From the NCBI RefSeq assembly GCF_947568905.1, contig NC_079171.1, positions 64,046,001-64,110,000 of the forward strand: a stretch of 64,000 bases of DNA, in the 5' to 3' direction. This DNA is from Ostrea edulis. Its lineage: Eukaryota. The notes beneath the pieces were generated by a model that saw only the letters and a program-made list of their open reading frames with translations, made no database searches and had not been told where the DNA came from. Position 1 is the first letter of the stretch. Each line of letters opens with the position of its first letter. Positions 51,206 through 63,623 of this stretch are shown one piece after another. Position numbers and translations under genes: made by a program.

Positions 51206-51484
51206 ATATATCTTAGTGTTTTTTGACACATTTCTATAAAAAATGGATCATATTTGTGAGAGGGGGATGTGCCTGCTGTACTGATCCACACCTGACTCTT
51301 GTGAGAATCAGAAAATGTAGGAAAACCTACGTGTTGTTGAAATTCCAACATCTGATGAATACAGTGAAATGAGAGACATTTTGTCTTATTAAAAAAAAAA
51401 TATATATATATACACGTCCAGTTCAATTGGTGGGGAAATTGTGATGAAGATGATCAAACCTTTTTGGCTCTGTACAACCTTGTG

Positions 51485-52157
51485 GTTGTCCGCGGCTTGG
51501 TGTGACATTGTATGGATTGTGGTTTTCCGCGGCTCGGTACGACATGGTATGGATTGTGGTTGTATTCCGCAGCTCGGTATGACATTGTATGGATTGTGGT
51601 TGTCTGCGGCTCGGTATGACATTGTATGGATTGTGGTTGTATCCTGCGGCTCAGTATGACATTGTATGGATTGTGGTTGTATTTCACGGCTCGGTATGAC
51701 ATTGTATGGATTGTGGTTGTATTCCGCGGCTCGGTATGACATTGTATGGATTGTGGTTGTATTTCGCTGCTCGGTACGACATTGTATGGATTGTGGTTGT
51801 ATTTCGCTGCTCGGTACGACATTGTATGGATTGTAGTTGTATTTCGCGGCTCGGTATGACATTGTATGGATTGTGGTTGTCTGCGGCTCAGTATGACATT
51901 GTATGGATTGTTGTTGTATTCCGTGGCTCGGTATGACATTGTATGGATTGTGGTTGTATTCCGCGGCTAGGTATGACATTGTATGGATTGTGGTTGTCTG
52001 CGGCTCAGTATGACATTGTATGGATTGTGCTTGTATTTTGTAGCTTGGTATGACATTGTATGGATTGTGGTTGTATTCCGCGGCTAGGTATGACATTGTA
52101 TGGATTGTGGTTGTATTCCGCGGCTCGGTATGATATTGTTTGTGGTTGTATTTTCAG
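51485..52157. repeat. ~37-41-bp minisatellite abutting the AP3S exon 6 acceptor
   Basis: Unit ccgcggctcggtatgacattgtatggattgtggttgtatt; the last unit runs into gtggttgtattttcag|gct. Confidence 0.93.
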
Positions 52158-52271
52158 GCTGGAATTACTGCTGCGCCAGCTCGAGCCGTTTCTGCCATGA
52201 AGGACATGAATCTGCCACAGAAAATCAAAGACATTAAACTTCCCGATCTCCCAAATATTCTGAAGAACTGA
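52158..52271 (+). CDS. AP3S1: AP-3 sigma, terminal coding exon 6
   Basis: ttttcag|AGITAAPARAVSAMKDMNLPQKIKDIKLPDLPNILKN*; the six exons sum to 567 bp = 188 aa + stop. Confidence 0.94.
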   Translation, partial: AGITAAPARAVSAMKDMNLPQKIKDIKLPDLPNILKN

Positions 52272-52445
52272 TCACATTCACGTCGTCATCTTCTATCAGC
52301 TGTCCTGACTAATCAGTCGTGACCCGTTATCTTCATGTCAGTGTTGTGAAGTTAGCCGTCAATATAAAGACAACGCGGAGACAATATTTTATAAAGAATA
52401 TTATTTTACTGTTGTAATGTTAGCCCTGATGTAGATCTATGTCAG

Positions 52446-52451
52446 AATAAA
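52446..52451 (+). terminator. Candidate AP3S polyadenylation signal
   Basis: AATAAA about 175 bp after the stop codon, followed by GT-rich sequence. Confidence 0.5.
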
Positions 52452-52489
52452 AGTCTGGATGTGAAAGAGAGGGGTATGTTGTTTTATTG

Positions 52490-53350
52490 ATGCACTTCAG
52501 TAGATAAATGTGTATAATGATAAATTATAGACAGATTGTACAGCGACACGCTTCAGTAGATAAATGTGTATAATGATAAATTATAGACAGATTGTACAGC
52601 GACACGCTTCAGTAGATAAATATGTATAATGATAAATTATAGACAGATTGTACAGCGACACACTTCAGTAGATAAATGTATATAGTGATAAATTATAGAC
52701 TGATGCTGTATATATGGTTATGTTTACCAAACAAAATCTGACCACAACATCTATTATAGGTTTGTGAAACCAGTATATAGACTGTGTCAGACAATGAGAG
52801 ATGTTTTGTACCAATGGCTTTTGTCATGTTAATCTATATACTACTCAACATGAGGATCGTTATATAGTCTCAGGGCTTAGTTTTGTCATGCTAATCTACA
52901 TACTATTCAACATGAGGATCATTACATAGTCTCAGGGCTTAGTTTTATCATGTTAATCTTGTTACATAGTCTCAGGGCTGAGGTTCTGATTTGCCTCAGG
53001 GCTGAGGTTCTCATTAGTCTCAGGGCTGAGGTTCTGATTAGTCTCGGGGCTGAGGTTCTGATTTGTCTCAGGGCTGAGGCTCTGATTAGTTTCGGGGCTG
53101 AGGTTCTGATTTGTCTCAGGGCTGAGGTTCTGATTAGTCTCGGGGCTGAGGTTCTGATTTGTCTCAGGGCTGAGGCTCTGATTAGTCTCGGGGCTGAGGT
53201 TCTGATTAGTCTCGGGGCTGAGGCTCTGATTAGTCTCGGGGCTGAGGTTCTGATTTGCCTCAGGGCTGAGGCTCAGATTTGTCTCAGGGCTGCGGTTCTG
53301 ATTTGTCTCAGGGCTGAGGTTCTGATTAGTCTCGGGGCTGAGGTTCTGAT
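52490..53350. repeat. Cluster of minisatellites (56 bp, ~70 bp, and 24 bp x~16)
   Basis: 24-bp unit cagggctgaggttctgattagtct explains the 140-aa ORF. Confidence 0.9.
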
Positions 53351-55964
53351 TTTTAAAGTTAACAAAATGTGAATGTGAAACAATGATGGCAGCGAACTAA
53401 TTCTGGTAAATAACTAAAGGAATACATACCTAGAGTAGGCACGTGGCTACACATATTTTTCTTTCATTTTCAAAACATATTTCTGTCTGTATTAAATGTT
53501 GCAAAATATAAGATGTTCTAGTTTTTAAAATCGGATATAAATTTTTTATTCCTTTGGGCCTTTTCTTTTTATAATGTATTCTAGACTACATGATATAAAT
53601 AATGGTGATACATGTATCACAGTGACTCATTCGACTCGGTATAAAATTCTTTAGAGTACAATATCTAATGCCTATTGTAATTATTGTGATGCTCAGAGTA
53701 GTGCAAACGATCCTAATATTACAAAATTTCACGGAGGCGACCCTCCCCCCCACCCCCACCCCCCACAGGCGCTTTACGCCTTGGTAAAACTTTCATCTTG
53801 TGGGCCTACACTTTGAAATAGTCCTAGCCACCCCACTGGAATAGCATTACAAGCATTCAAAAATTATGGTCAAGGTGAAAGTTTTTCAAAATATGGTCTA
53901 CTTTCTACAATAAAGTTATGGCCAAGATTATAAGATTTTGCGGACAGACAGACCAAAAACTACATCTTGATTAAAAATATGTTTTTGATCTAACACCAGC
54001 CTTTTCATTTTTATTGTCATTATAAACAATGGGCAAAGGGCTATAACTCTTACATTGCTTTGGTTACTCAAGTTTCATACACCCTCAATAGATTGGTGGT
54101 AGTAATCTGCAGAACTAGGTGAAAATAAAAAACTGGGTTATCTGTGAAATGCATATTCATACTGCTCTCAACATACATATATTCTCCCTTAAATTTCAAC
54201 ATCGTGAGACTATTTATAATGATGTGTGATGTATCTGTGACAAGAGAGATAACTCCTGCTGGGAGTGGCAAGACAATCCAATAAATATTTCTTTGTTTTC
54301 TGTCATATCATTGCTTTACTAATTTACTGGTTTTTGCACTTGTGATAATTCTATTCAAATTTACTCGGTTGTACAAACGTAAGGTAAAGTGATCTGAAAT
54401 TCAAAATTACCCAATTTAATTTTTTACACGCAATTTGATTGGTTCATTTGACTTGAAATATTGGAACCAATTGTCTGTCAATGATGTGCAAGACTGAGTC
54501 TCAGAGTGTTGGATTTGTGTCAAAAATCAACCCAGAATCTTTATTTCCTGATCCTGGTCACGGCACCAAATTGATTCTAGATTTCAGATCCAGGTAACGC
54601 TTGAAATAATTTTCATTACCAAACAAAATTTTCAGAATATCTTTGCATTTGAATTTATGTTTAATAAACTTGCACTTTTCTAAAACATTTGAGCTAGATA
54701 AATCTTAAGATGTAAGTAGTCAAAATTTTGATCAAGTCTTTTCTCAGTTTATGGTCTCGGGGGCCAGGATTTGATCCCAGGCCTCCTGATTCTCAAGTCA
54801 CATGCTCTAGCAGCTGAGCTATCAAAATTAATACAACACTAAAATGTATTTGAGAGGGTCCCTTTCGAAAACATTGCTTTGCTGAATCTTGTGCCATATA
54901 GGCCGGAAAATTCCACATCATCATCAATATGCCCCCACCCCCTATAAATTTTGCTCAGCATGATTTAATCCAACAGCTTGCATTTTCAAACTCACAGGGA
55001 TGTGACTAAATTCCTCAGATATTGGAGGAAAACTCGTCAAAAAGGGAGGAAAACACCCCACCCTACCTGGAAAAATACCATTTTCTGCCACTTTAGATGA
55101 AATCCAGAGTGTTTCATTTTTTCAAAAATGAGCGAATCGGAGGATTTTCTCTGAAAAGAGGAAAAATCACACCCCTGAAACACTCTGGAGAAAATAAAAC
55201 CCAACTATTAGAAGGAATAGGTCTCTTGGTATTTGTGGCTGGATAGAAATAACACTACGTCAACAAAGTCTGAATACAATATATTTAATATCAACAGAAT
55301 TAATGTGACACATTATGCAAACATTAAAATATGGCCATTACAGAGACAGCAATTAAAAATTTTCATCATCGATTATGCAAGTTTTGTTAAAATTAAATGT
55401 ACCAAAACACAGCTGTGCTGTAGATCACCTGTTCACAACCAGGCATATTTATAAAACTGAACCTGGCGATGTCTACAGCATAACTATACCCGCAATCACT
55501 CACATTATTTCATTAAACTGTCATCATGAACAAAAGAATGGGAAAAGTTGACGATTTTGTCCCGGCCGCCATAAAGTTTTTCGTTTTCCTCGATATGAAT
55601 AACATTATACATGGTTGAGCAAAAATTTTAATATTGAGCACTTTGTGTGTCATCTAATCACTACAAGAGTCGTGGTGGAATTCGAATTGCCACAATTTCA
55701 CGGTTTACTTGTGGAAATATTCTTCCTTTAAACACGTTTAATTTCTGATGCTTGGTTTATTCATTATCATAGTCTGTGATGTTTAGTGGTTACACATTTT
55801 CTGCATTCGGTCACATCACCACACACTTTGTTGCAATACACAAAAATCTATCCCTCCAAATTTATGAAGAAAAAAAAAAAAATCTTGCCCAGATTTAATA
55901 AAATCAACAATTTGACTTTTCTGGGTTCGAATTTGAAGTAGAATTGTAAAATAGATTGTGGTTG

Positions 55965-56830
55965 TGTACAAGTTATTGATGAAGTCTGTAGTTTGATGTA
56001 CAAGTTATTGATGAAGTCTGTAGTTTGATGTACCAGTTATTGATGAAGTCAGTAGTTTGATGTACAAGTTATTGATGAAATCTGTAGTTTGATGCACAAG
56101 TTATTGATGAAGTCTGTAGTTTGATGTACAAGTTATTGATGAAGTCTGTAGTTTGGTGTACAAGTTATTGATGAAGTCTGTAGTTTGTACAGGTAAATGA
56201 TACATGTATTTCTGGTCTCGAGTCGTTCAGACTCCCTGTGAAACAAATTCCAGAATTCTGAGTAACAAATGCCAAATAATATTGTAATAGCTATTCTACA
56301 TTAATGACCTAATGGCTATTCTACATAATGACCTAACGGCTATTCTACATAATGACCTAATGGCTATTCTACATATTGACCTAACGGCTATTCTACACAT
56401 TTTGAACAAAAATACTATCAATCCTAACATTTTAAATACAGGCTCTTTAAAGCTGCCATGCATGTATAGTTTGGTTGGGAATCTACACACACATTTTGGT
56501 GTACAATTTCATAAATAGCACTTTATATGATTCCGGTTATTTTAAGCACTTTATATGATTCCGGTTATTATAAGGACTTTATACGATTCCGGTTATTTCA
56601 CTATCAGGACTTTATACGATTCCATTTATTTTATTATCAGGACTTTATACGATTTCGGTCATTTTATCAACAGCACTTTACACGATTCTGGTTATTTTAA
56701 GGACTTTATACGATTCCGGTTATTTCACTATCAGGACTTTATACGATTCCATTTATTTTATTATCAGGACTTTATACGATTCCGGTCATTTTATCAACAG
56801 CACTTTATACGATTCTGGTTATTTTAAGAT
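55965..56830. repeat. Three minisatellites (32 bp, 24 bp, ~30 bp)
   Basis: tacaagttattgatgaagtctgtagtttgatg; ggctattctacataatgacctaa(c/t); ggactttatacgattcc... Confidence 0.88.
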
Positions 56831-57018
56831 TATAATGTTGTGTTATCATGACTGTACGGCATGCAAGCTTCCCCCCCTTCCCCCTCAAACTTCATGTACT
56901 CTAAATCATACATTTAACATTCACAGATTCACAGTTTGGAATGATGCTTTCAGAATTTCTTTTTTTCCCTTCTTTCTTGTTCATCTGTTTTGTTTTTTTA
57001 TTGCATTTCACTAAATGG

Positions 57019-57415
57019 TTGGGCTGACACATTCACCGAAATATCGATTCAGTTCAATATAAATGCTCGATTCAATATTCGATTCATTGCCTCAATTTTC
57101 AGTTCGATAAATTTATTACTAACAGATTTAGTAATATACATCATGCTCAGCCTCAGTACTTATTGTTTTCCTTAAGGTTGATGAAAATAATTATGAACTT
57201 GATCAGTATAAACCACATAGCCAACACGCATCTTGCCACATGACTGTGTAAACATTTTGCTTTTAAATCTTTAATTTTGAATCTTGGTAATTATTTTTTC
57301 TTCAATGTTATCATTGATTTCTTCTGTAAATTGTATCGTATTGAAAATATTGAATCGTGGCATAAGTATCGCAATATGCATCGTATCGTGAAGGGGGCGT
57401 GTCGTTTCAGCCCTA
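57019..57415. mobile_element. hAT-type MITE with 8-bp TSD
   Basis: ttgggctg / cagcccta termini; flanks ctaaatgg / caaaatgg. Confidence 0.7.
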
Positions 57416-57519
57416 CAAAATGGAGGGAAGGAACACCTAACTTAACACTGTTAATTCTACCTTCAACATGATTTACAGTTAGTATGTATAATCCTCCAAC
57501 AATACCGGGTTATGGATTG

Positions 57520-57745
57520 GTTGATTATTGTTTAACGTCCGTTTCGAAAATATTTCATTCATATGGAGACGTCACTGTTGCCGGTGAAGGGCTGCAAAAT
57601 TTTGGCCTACGCTCGGCGCTTATGGCCATTGAGCAGGGAGGGGTCTTTATCGTGCCACACCTGCTGTGACACGGGACCTCAGTTTTTGCGGTCTCATCCG
57701 AAGGACCGCCCCATTTAGTCGCCTCTTACGACAAGCAAGGGGTCC
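57520..57745 (-). mobile_element. Bivalve SINE copy; another at 61165-61390
   Basis: Same family sequence as 31425-31725. Confidence 0.75.
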
Positions 57746-58960
57746 TGATTGGATTAGCCCATTGGACAAATAGGACGTGTCCTAAACCATTCCCCAGAAA
57801 ACATTGATTATCAAGTCAAAAATGATTAAACATGTAATTTGCAGTGTAAATACGTTTGTTGATTTAGTGTAGTTTTAATGCTAGTGGTTTTTAGCCATCT
57901 TAAAATGTAAACCTTTTTATTTGTCCTGAGAAAGGGACAGGTTGTTCTGAAAATTTGACAATCTAATGACAAGTGTGCGAAATAGCTGGACCACTAAGCA
58001 AGTGAAGATAAAATTTCTTGGGATGACAATGGAGTTCTCTCCCCTTCGTTGTCACACACTACACAATCATCAAAAATGGAAATGAGTTAGTTTAGGTTTT
58101 AAAAGCATCAAACATGGAAATACAGCATAACAGCGAAAAACAGTTCATAATACACAATCTTCATTATACAGTAAAACACAGTTATAGAGAACCTCCAGGG
58201 CCAGCGAAAAACAGTTCATTATAACCCGACTTCATTATACAGTAAAACACGGTTATACTGAACCTACAGGGCCAGTAAAAAACAGTTCATTATAACCAAA
58301 CTTCATTATACAGTATAACACGGTTGTAGAGCAAAAAAAAACAAAAAAACATTTAGCGTGAATTCAATGACACCGCAATAAGCATGAATTCATTTTAAGC
58401 ATGTTCATTACAAGCGTGTTTTAAAGATCGGATATATTTGTATATAGTAGTTCATATTGTACCACATGGACACGTACTTCTGGGATACATACTATAAATA
58501 GTTTATGGTTATTACAATGCTAAATATAGCATTTTTTTTCACTTCCTAATAAATTCTGATTCTAAAAAAAATCAGATAACATACTCCCCTCAAACCTCAC
58601 TCCAGACAAGAAATAAAAAAATCTGTGACAATTTAAAGTCTTAAAAACTAATTTCTTATGTTAACAAGAGTAAACGCGGGGATTTTCTTGAATCTCGTTT
58701 CATTTTGAGGGACCTACAATCAACATATTTAGCATAATCTAGGGTTTGGATTTTTCATCCGATACTAGCGATACTAAACGCCTAACGTTTAGTATCTTAG
58801 ATTAAAAAATGAATCAAAATAATGAGAAATATGTATATTTCATCAATCTGAGGGGGGGGGGGGGGGGCTCCACCCCCTTCTCCTTTGGATCTACTACACT
58901 TGAATGTCAAATAATAAAAATAAGAGTTCTGCTAAAACTTTTCTGATGAAAAATTCTCTC

Positions 58961-59074
58961 TCAATGTTGTCTTTTACTCTGACGTCCTGTAGTGACCTTG
59001 ACCTCTGGATTCCAATATCGATACGTTTCTTCCTCTCTTGATAATAATGCTGTGCGTGAAGCAGGAACTGTGGC
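58961..59074 (-). CDS. CDO1: Candidate CDO1 terminal coding exon
   Basis: ctacag|ATVPASRTALLSREEETYRYWNPEVKVTTGRQSKRQH*; phase 0 matches exon 4, and it begins with AT like the vertebrate last exon; no other homology support. Confidence 0.45.
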   Translation of the reverse strand, partial: ATVPASRTALLSREEETYRYWNPEVKVTTGRQSKRQH

Positions 59075-59294
59075 CTGTAGAATGCAGACAACACGCACAA
59101 ACATGCACACACACATATCGGTCCTCTCACTACATCCCTCAATGAATTGCAAGGGGATAAAAAAAAAAAAAATAAAAAAATGCATATTTGAAAAATCATT
59201 ATGCTTTTATGAATAAAGTTACCGGTATACTTAATCTGCATCACAAACAATACATCATTATATATCAGAGTTTTACAAAGAAAGAGTCTTGCAC

Positions 59295-59933
59295 AAACAA
59301 TGTCTTCACATGTCACACACAGTGTCTTCACATGTCACAAACAATGTCTTCACATGTCACAGACAATGTCTTCACATGTCACAAACAATGTCTTCACATG
59401 TCACACACAATGTCTTCACATGTCACAAACAATGCCATCAAAAGGGCCAATTAACACCCCTCAACATTCATACAATTATATGCTAGTCCTTAGCTTCATA
59501 CATATCTAACTTTTCACACACCCCTTCTTAAATATTCGTAGAATTTCAAAGATTTTTTTAACACACTCCCCTTCTTAAATATTTATAGAAAGATCTTTTC
59601 AACCCCCCCCCCCCACCCCCCCTTTTCACTATGCATGAAATGATACACCCAGTGATGTTTTCTCTGAAGGCGGGACAAACTTTCAGGGCTTCTGTCACCT
59701 ACATTAGTAATATTAAGAGGCAGGGCAAACTTTCAGGGCTTCTGTCACCTACATTAATAATATTAAGAGGCAGGGCAAACTTTCAGGGCTTCTGTCACCT
59801 ACATTAATAATATTAAGAGGCAGGGCAAACTTTCAGGGCTTCTGTTGCCTACATTGGTAATACTATATTCATGCCCCAAAAGGGATTAAAATACCAACAC
59901 ATATATACATACATGCTATACATACTTAAAATC

Positions 59934-59981
<48 letters not shown>

Positions 59982-61165
59982 ATACATATACCAAAAAATT
60001 TCCACATAAAAAAATAGATCACTGCTCTTCTCAATTATTAGAGGACCTGGCCCTTGAATCTGCAGGTTTCCAATAAAGATTGTCATATGTACAGCGTTTT
60101 ACAGAAATAGCTGTGAATGTGCATTCATAAAGAGAGAAAGATGAAGTTCAGTGGCATTCATATGTTATCACAATATACTTAACAAACATTCATATGTTAC
60201 ACAATATACTTAACAAACATTCATATGTTACACAATATACTTAACACATATCAATTTATCAATGACACACAACTCTTCCACAAATACTTTACACATATCA
60301 ATTTATCAATGACATTCAACTCTTACACAATATACTTAACACATATCAATTCATCAATGACATTCAACTCTTACACAATATACTTAACACACATTTATAT
60401 GTTACACAATATACTTAACACACATTCATATGTTACACAATATACTTAACACACATTCATATGTTACACAATATACTTAACACACATTCATATGTTACAC
60501 AATATACTTAACACATATCAATTTATCAATGACACACAACTCTTCCACAAATACTTTACACATATCAATTTATCAATGACATTCAACTCTTACACAATAT
60601 ACTTAACACATATCAATTCATCAATGACATTCAACTCTTACACAATATACTTAAAACACATCAACTTGTCTGGGGCTGAACGTTGTGATATCAAATTGTT
60701 AGATATTCAATCGTAAAAAAAAAAAATGATTTCAAAGTACAAAAAAAAATGTCCAAAACATAAAAATCCAATAATTAAAGTCTAATCAACTAGACTAACT
60801 CGTTAATAATCTTCAATGAGAATAAATCCAGGAATGTTAGTTAACTTTGCAACATTGATGTGGAAAACAAGAGTTATTTCTCTTGAGGAACTCTTCGCTG
60901 CGCTGAGGTCTAATTATTCTCAGGAACACAGGAACTAGGTAACTTGGCCTATAAAATAAAATCATACACATGTTAAGCCGATACATATTTCTCTCATCTT
61001 TATACCTCTACAAATTGTATGATTAATTGTATATTGTTTAATGTCCCTCTGATTAATTGTATATTGTCTAATGTCCCTCTGATTAATTGTACATTGTCTA
61101 ATGTCCCTCTGATTAATTGTATATTGTCTAATGTCCCTCTGATTAATTGTATATTGTCTGATGTC
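59295..61165. repeat. Minisatellite and microsatellite cluster in the last CDO1 intron region (22 bp, 50 bp, (CA)n, complex 30/46 bp, 30 bp)
   Basis: Visible tandem units such as tgtcttcacatgtcacaaacaa and gattaattgtatattgtctaatgtccctct. Confidence 0.85.
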
Positions 61166-61719
61166 CCTCTTGAGAATTTCTCATTCATGTGGAGACCTCA
61201 CGATTGCCGGTGAAGGGTTACAAAATTTAGGCATATGCTCAGCACTTGCGTCCTTTAAGCGGGGAGGGATCTTTAACATGCCACACCTGCTGTAAAATTT
61301 GCGGTTTCATCCGAAGGACTGCCCCATTTAGTCGCCTCTTATGATAAGCAAGGGGTATACTGAGGACCTATTCTAACCCGGATCCCCATGTGACTACAAA
61401 TTTGTACTACACATACAAGATACAATGATCAAGATAACGCCCGTGTAATCTAGAAATAACCATGCCCATTAGAAATAATTACACCCACTAGAAATAACAA
61501 CGCCCACTAGAAATAACCACACCCACTAGAAATATCTACGCCCACTAGAAATATCCATGCCCACTATAAATAACTACACCCACTATAAATAGCCACGACC
61601 ACTAGAAATAACCATGTCCACTAGAAATAACCACGCCCACTAGAAATAACCATGTCCACTAGAAATAACCACGCCCACTAGAAATAACCACGCCCACTAG
61701 AAATAACCACGCCCACTAG

Positions 61720-62092
61720 TAGTGATGAAGCGATTGTCAATCGCTTTTGGCTCTTCGATTTCGATTATTGATTTCATTTTTCATAATCGATTGTCCCCTG
61801 TACACTAATTAATATCTAATCCGAGATTCGTCTGACTGTTAATCCCGCTTTTATATCAAGAGGTGTGCGGGGGAGAGTAGGAGTGGACTCCACATTGAAA
61901 AGCGGGAATTCAGTGACACCAGCTAGTGTGCATGCTGCACATATCCATAACACTATATATTAGAAATAACTCCAAAATAATAAACATTTATTAACAACAT
62001 GTAAATACCGATTATATCGATCATGGATCGCTACAGTTCTTCTGATTATAACCGATTATCGATTATGAAATTTTCCCGATTTTTCAACACTA
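61720..62092. mobile_element. hAT-type MITE inserted in a ~20-bp minisatellite (61440-62452)
   Basis: tagtgatgaa / ttcaacacta termini; TSD CCCACTAG. Confidence 0.88.
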
Positions 62093-62106
62093 CCCACTAG
62101 AAATAA

Positions 62107-62429
62107 GGCCAAGTAAAATTAATTAGTAGATTATCATTCAAACTTCACAAAAAAAATGGGGCGGGTGGGAGGATTTTATTTTTTATTTTTCGCCATGGTA
62201 TTCTTGACCTCGAAAATGCCTTCTCTCATTGAGAAAAGGCTTTATAAATCATAATTACATGTGTATTTGGGTTTCTAAAAGGCAAAGTTAAACAAAGTAC
62301 GTTTACGATACTGGACCGGACATAAAAATATCCGGAAATCGTAATTTTGAAAAATAAAAAAAAATCGGGGCGGGGCGATTTTCAAGGGGCGGGTGGGAAT
62401 GATAATCTACTAATTAATTTTACTTGGCC
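62107..62429. mobile_element. PIF/Harbinger MITE with TAA TSD, in the same minisatellite
   Basis: ggccaagtaaaattaattagtagattatc / gataatctactaattaattttacttggcc; flanked by TAA. Confidence 0.9.
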
Positions 62430-62465
62430 TAACCATGCCCACTAGAAATAAGAATTGATACGTAC

Positions 62466-62635
62466 ACAAGGCGTCCGTTTGCCGTACTGACTCCAGAATG
62501 TCACCTGCACTTTGTTTGCATTTCCAGTCCTCTCGTCGAAGCTCTGACATTCGCTGAAGGGTGGAGAATATAAATGAAGCGTGACGGCGGTGTCGGAGTG
62601 ACTGGGATTTTCCACTCTGTGTAGCCCAATCTCAT
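62466..62635 (-). CDS. CDO1: Cysteine dioxygenase type 1, exon 4 (170 bp); upstream exons beyond the right edge
   Basis: ttttag|(D)[56 protein letters not shown]|gtacgt; the GLHRV and LHLYSPPF motifs and the 170-bp size match vertebrate CDO1 exon 4; not in the ORF track. Confidence 0.94.
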
Positions 62636-62840
62636 CTAAAATACAAAGACGTTACAACTCATGAGATATAATTATACATCATAAAAGACATTTGCCCTAG
62701 TTATGTTCCCCAAACAAAGTTACAATAAGTACTAGTTCCCTTTGTAACTGGTGATGTAAGACATCATTAGATTATTAACGCGGCTGAGTTAAGGCTTTCC
62801 TATAATTACCAGTGCTGTAAAAAATGTACTTTATCGCACT

Positions 62841-63623
62841 CAGTGATTTTTGTTTTGTTTTCCAAACTACCACCCCTCATTTTGAATTGGGAAAAATTAG
62901 CGACATTTTCCTCAAATTGGGAAAAATCATTCATAGTAAATTAAAATGGTAAAGATGCATAAAGTAATCAAATAACAATTTTTTTGTTTGAGGTTTATTT
63001 CAGATCTGATTTAAAATCATAAAATAAATCATTATTTAACATTAAATATGTATTGGAAGTCACACCTTGTATATATATTATTTACTTTTTCTAAGAAATA
63101 CTTATTGTCTAATTTCATAAAGAAAATAATAAATTATTAATTCACCAGCATTTGTACCCATAATCTTGTAAATATTATTATATTAATAATCAAGTTTCCA
63201 GAATGTCTCTCCTGTTTTGTATTTTTCGAATTTTAGTAAAACCCTATACTGTTGGCCACTTCCTGTTATTAGCCTGACCCTACAAAAAATGGCGGTCAAA
63301 CTAAATTGTAAACAATGAATATGGCTTAATGTGCATCTGGAAGCTATATGCTTCGCTGCATATCTGCTTATATGGATGCCTCTATTGTTTTACATATTCT
63401 TTACAAAACCTTTTGCATGTGCAGTGGTTTGGAGAATAAAACTGAAGAAAAAAAACGTATTTACTCTGTCAGAAATATACGGTAACCTTTTTTTTTAAAT
63501 GGCCTAATTTCCCTAGATTTGAAATTGGGAAAAACATATATATATAATTGGGAAAAAATAGCTAATTTTAGTGAGGGGAAACAGCCGAATATCGGTGGCA
63601 TTTTAGCCCCCAAAAAATCACTG
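62841..63623. mobile_element. CAGTGATTTTT-type TIR element nested in the element starting at 62779
   Basis: cagtgattttt / aaaaatcactg; the host sequence resumes collinear with 43361 onward. Confidence 0.8.

Noticed and set aside
51389-52096. 235-aa and 161-aa ORFs
   Set aside because: Periodic translations of the 37-41-bp minisatellite, antisense within an AP3S intron; no non-repetitive domain.
52950-53372. 140-aa LRAEVLI repeat ORF, and the 153-aa ORF at 1183
   Set aside because: Products of 24-bp and 39-bp tandem repeats.
58894-59331. 145-aa minus-strand ORF as an independent gene
   Set aside because: Its start lies in a 22-bp repeat and low-complexity DNA; the non-repetitive part overlaps the CDO1 terminal-exon candidate in another frame; no recognisable homology.
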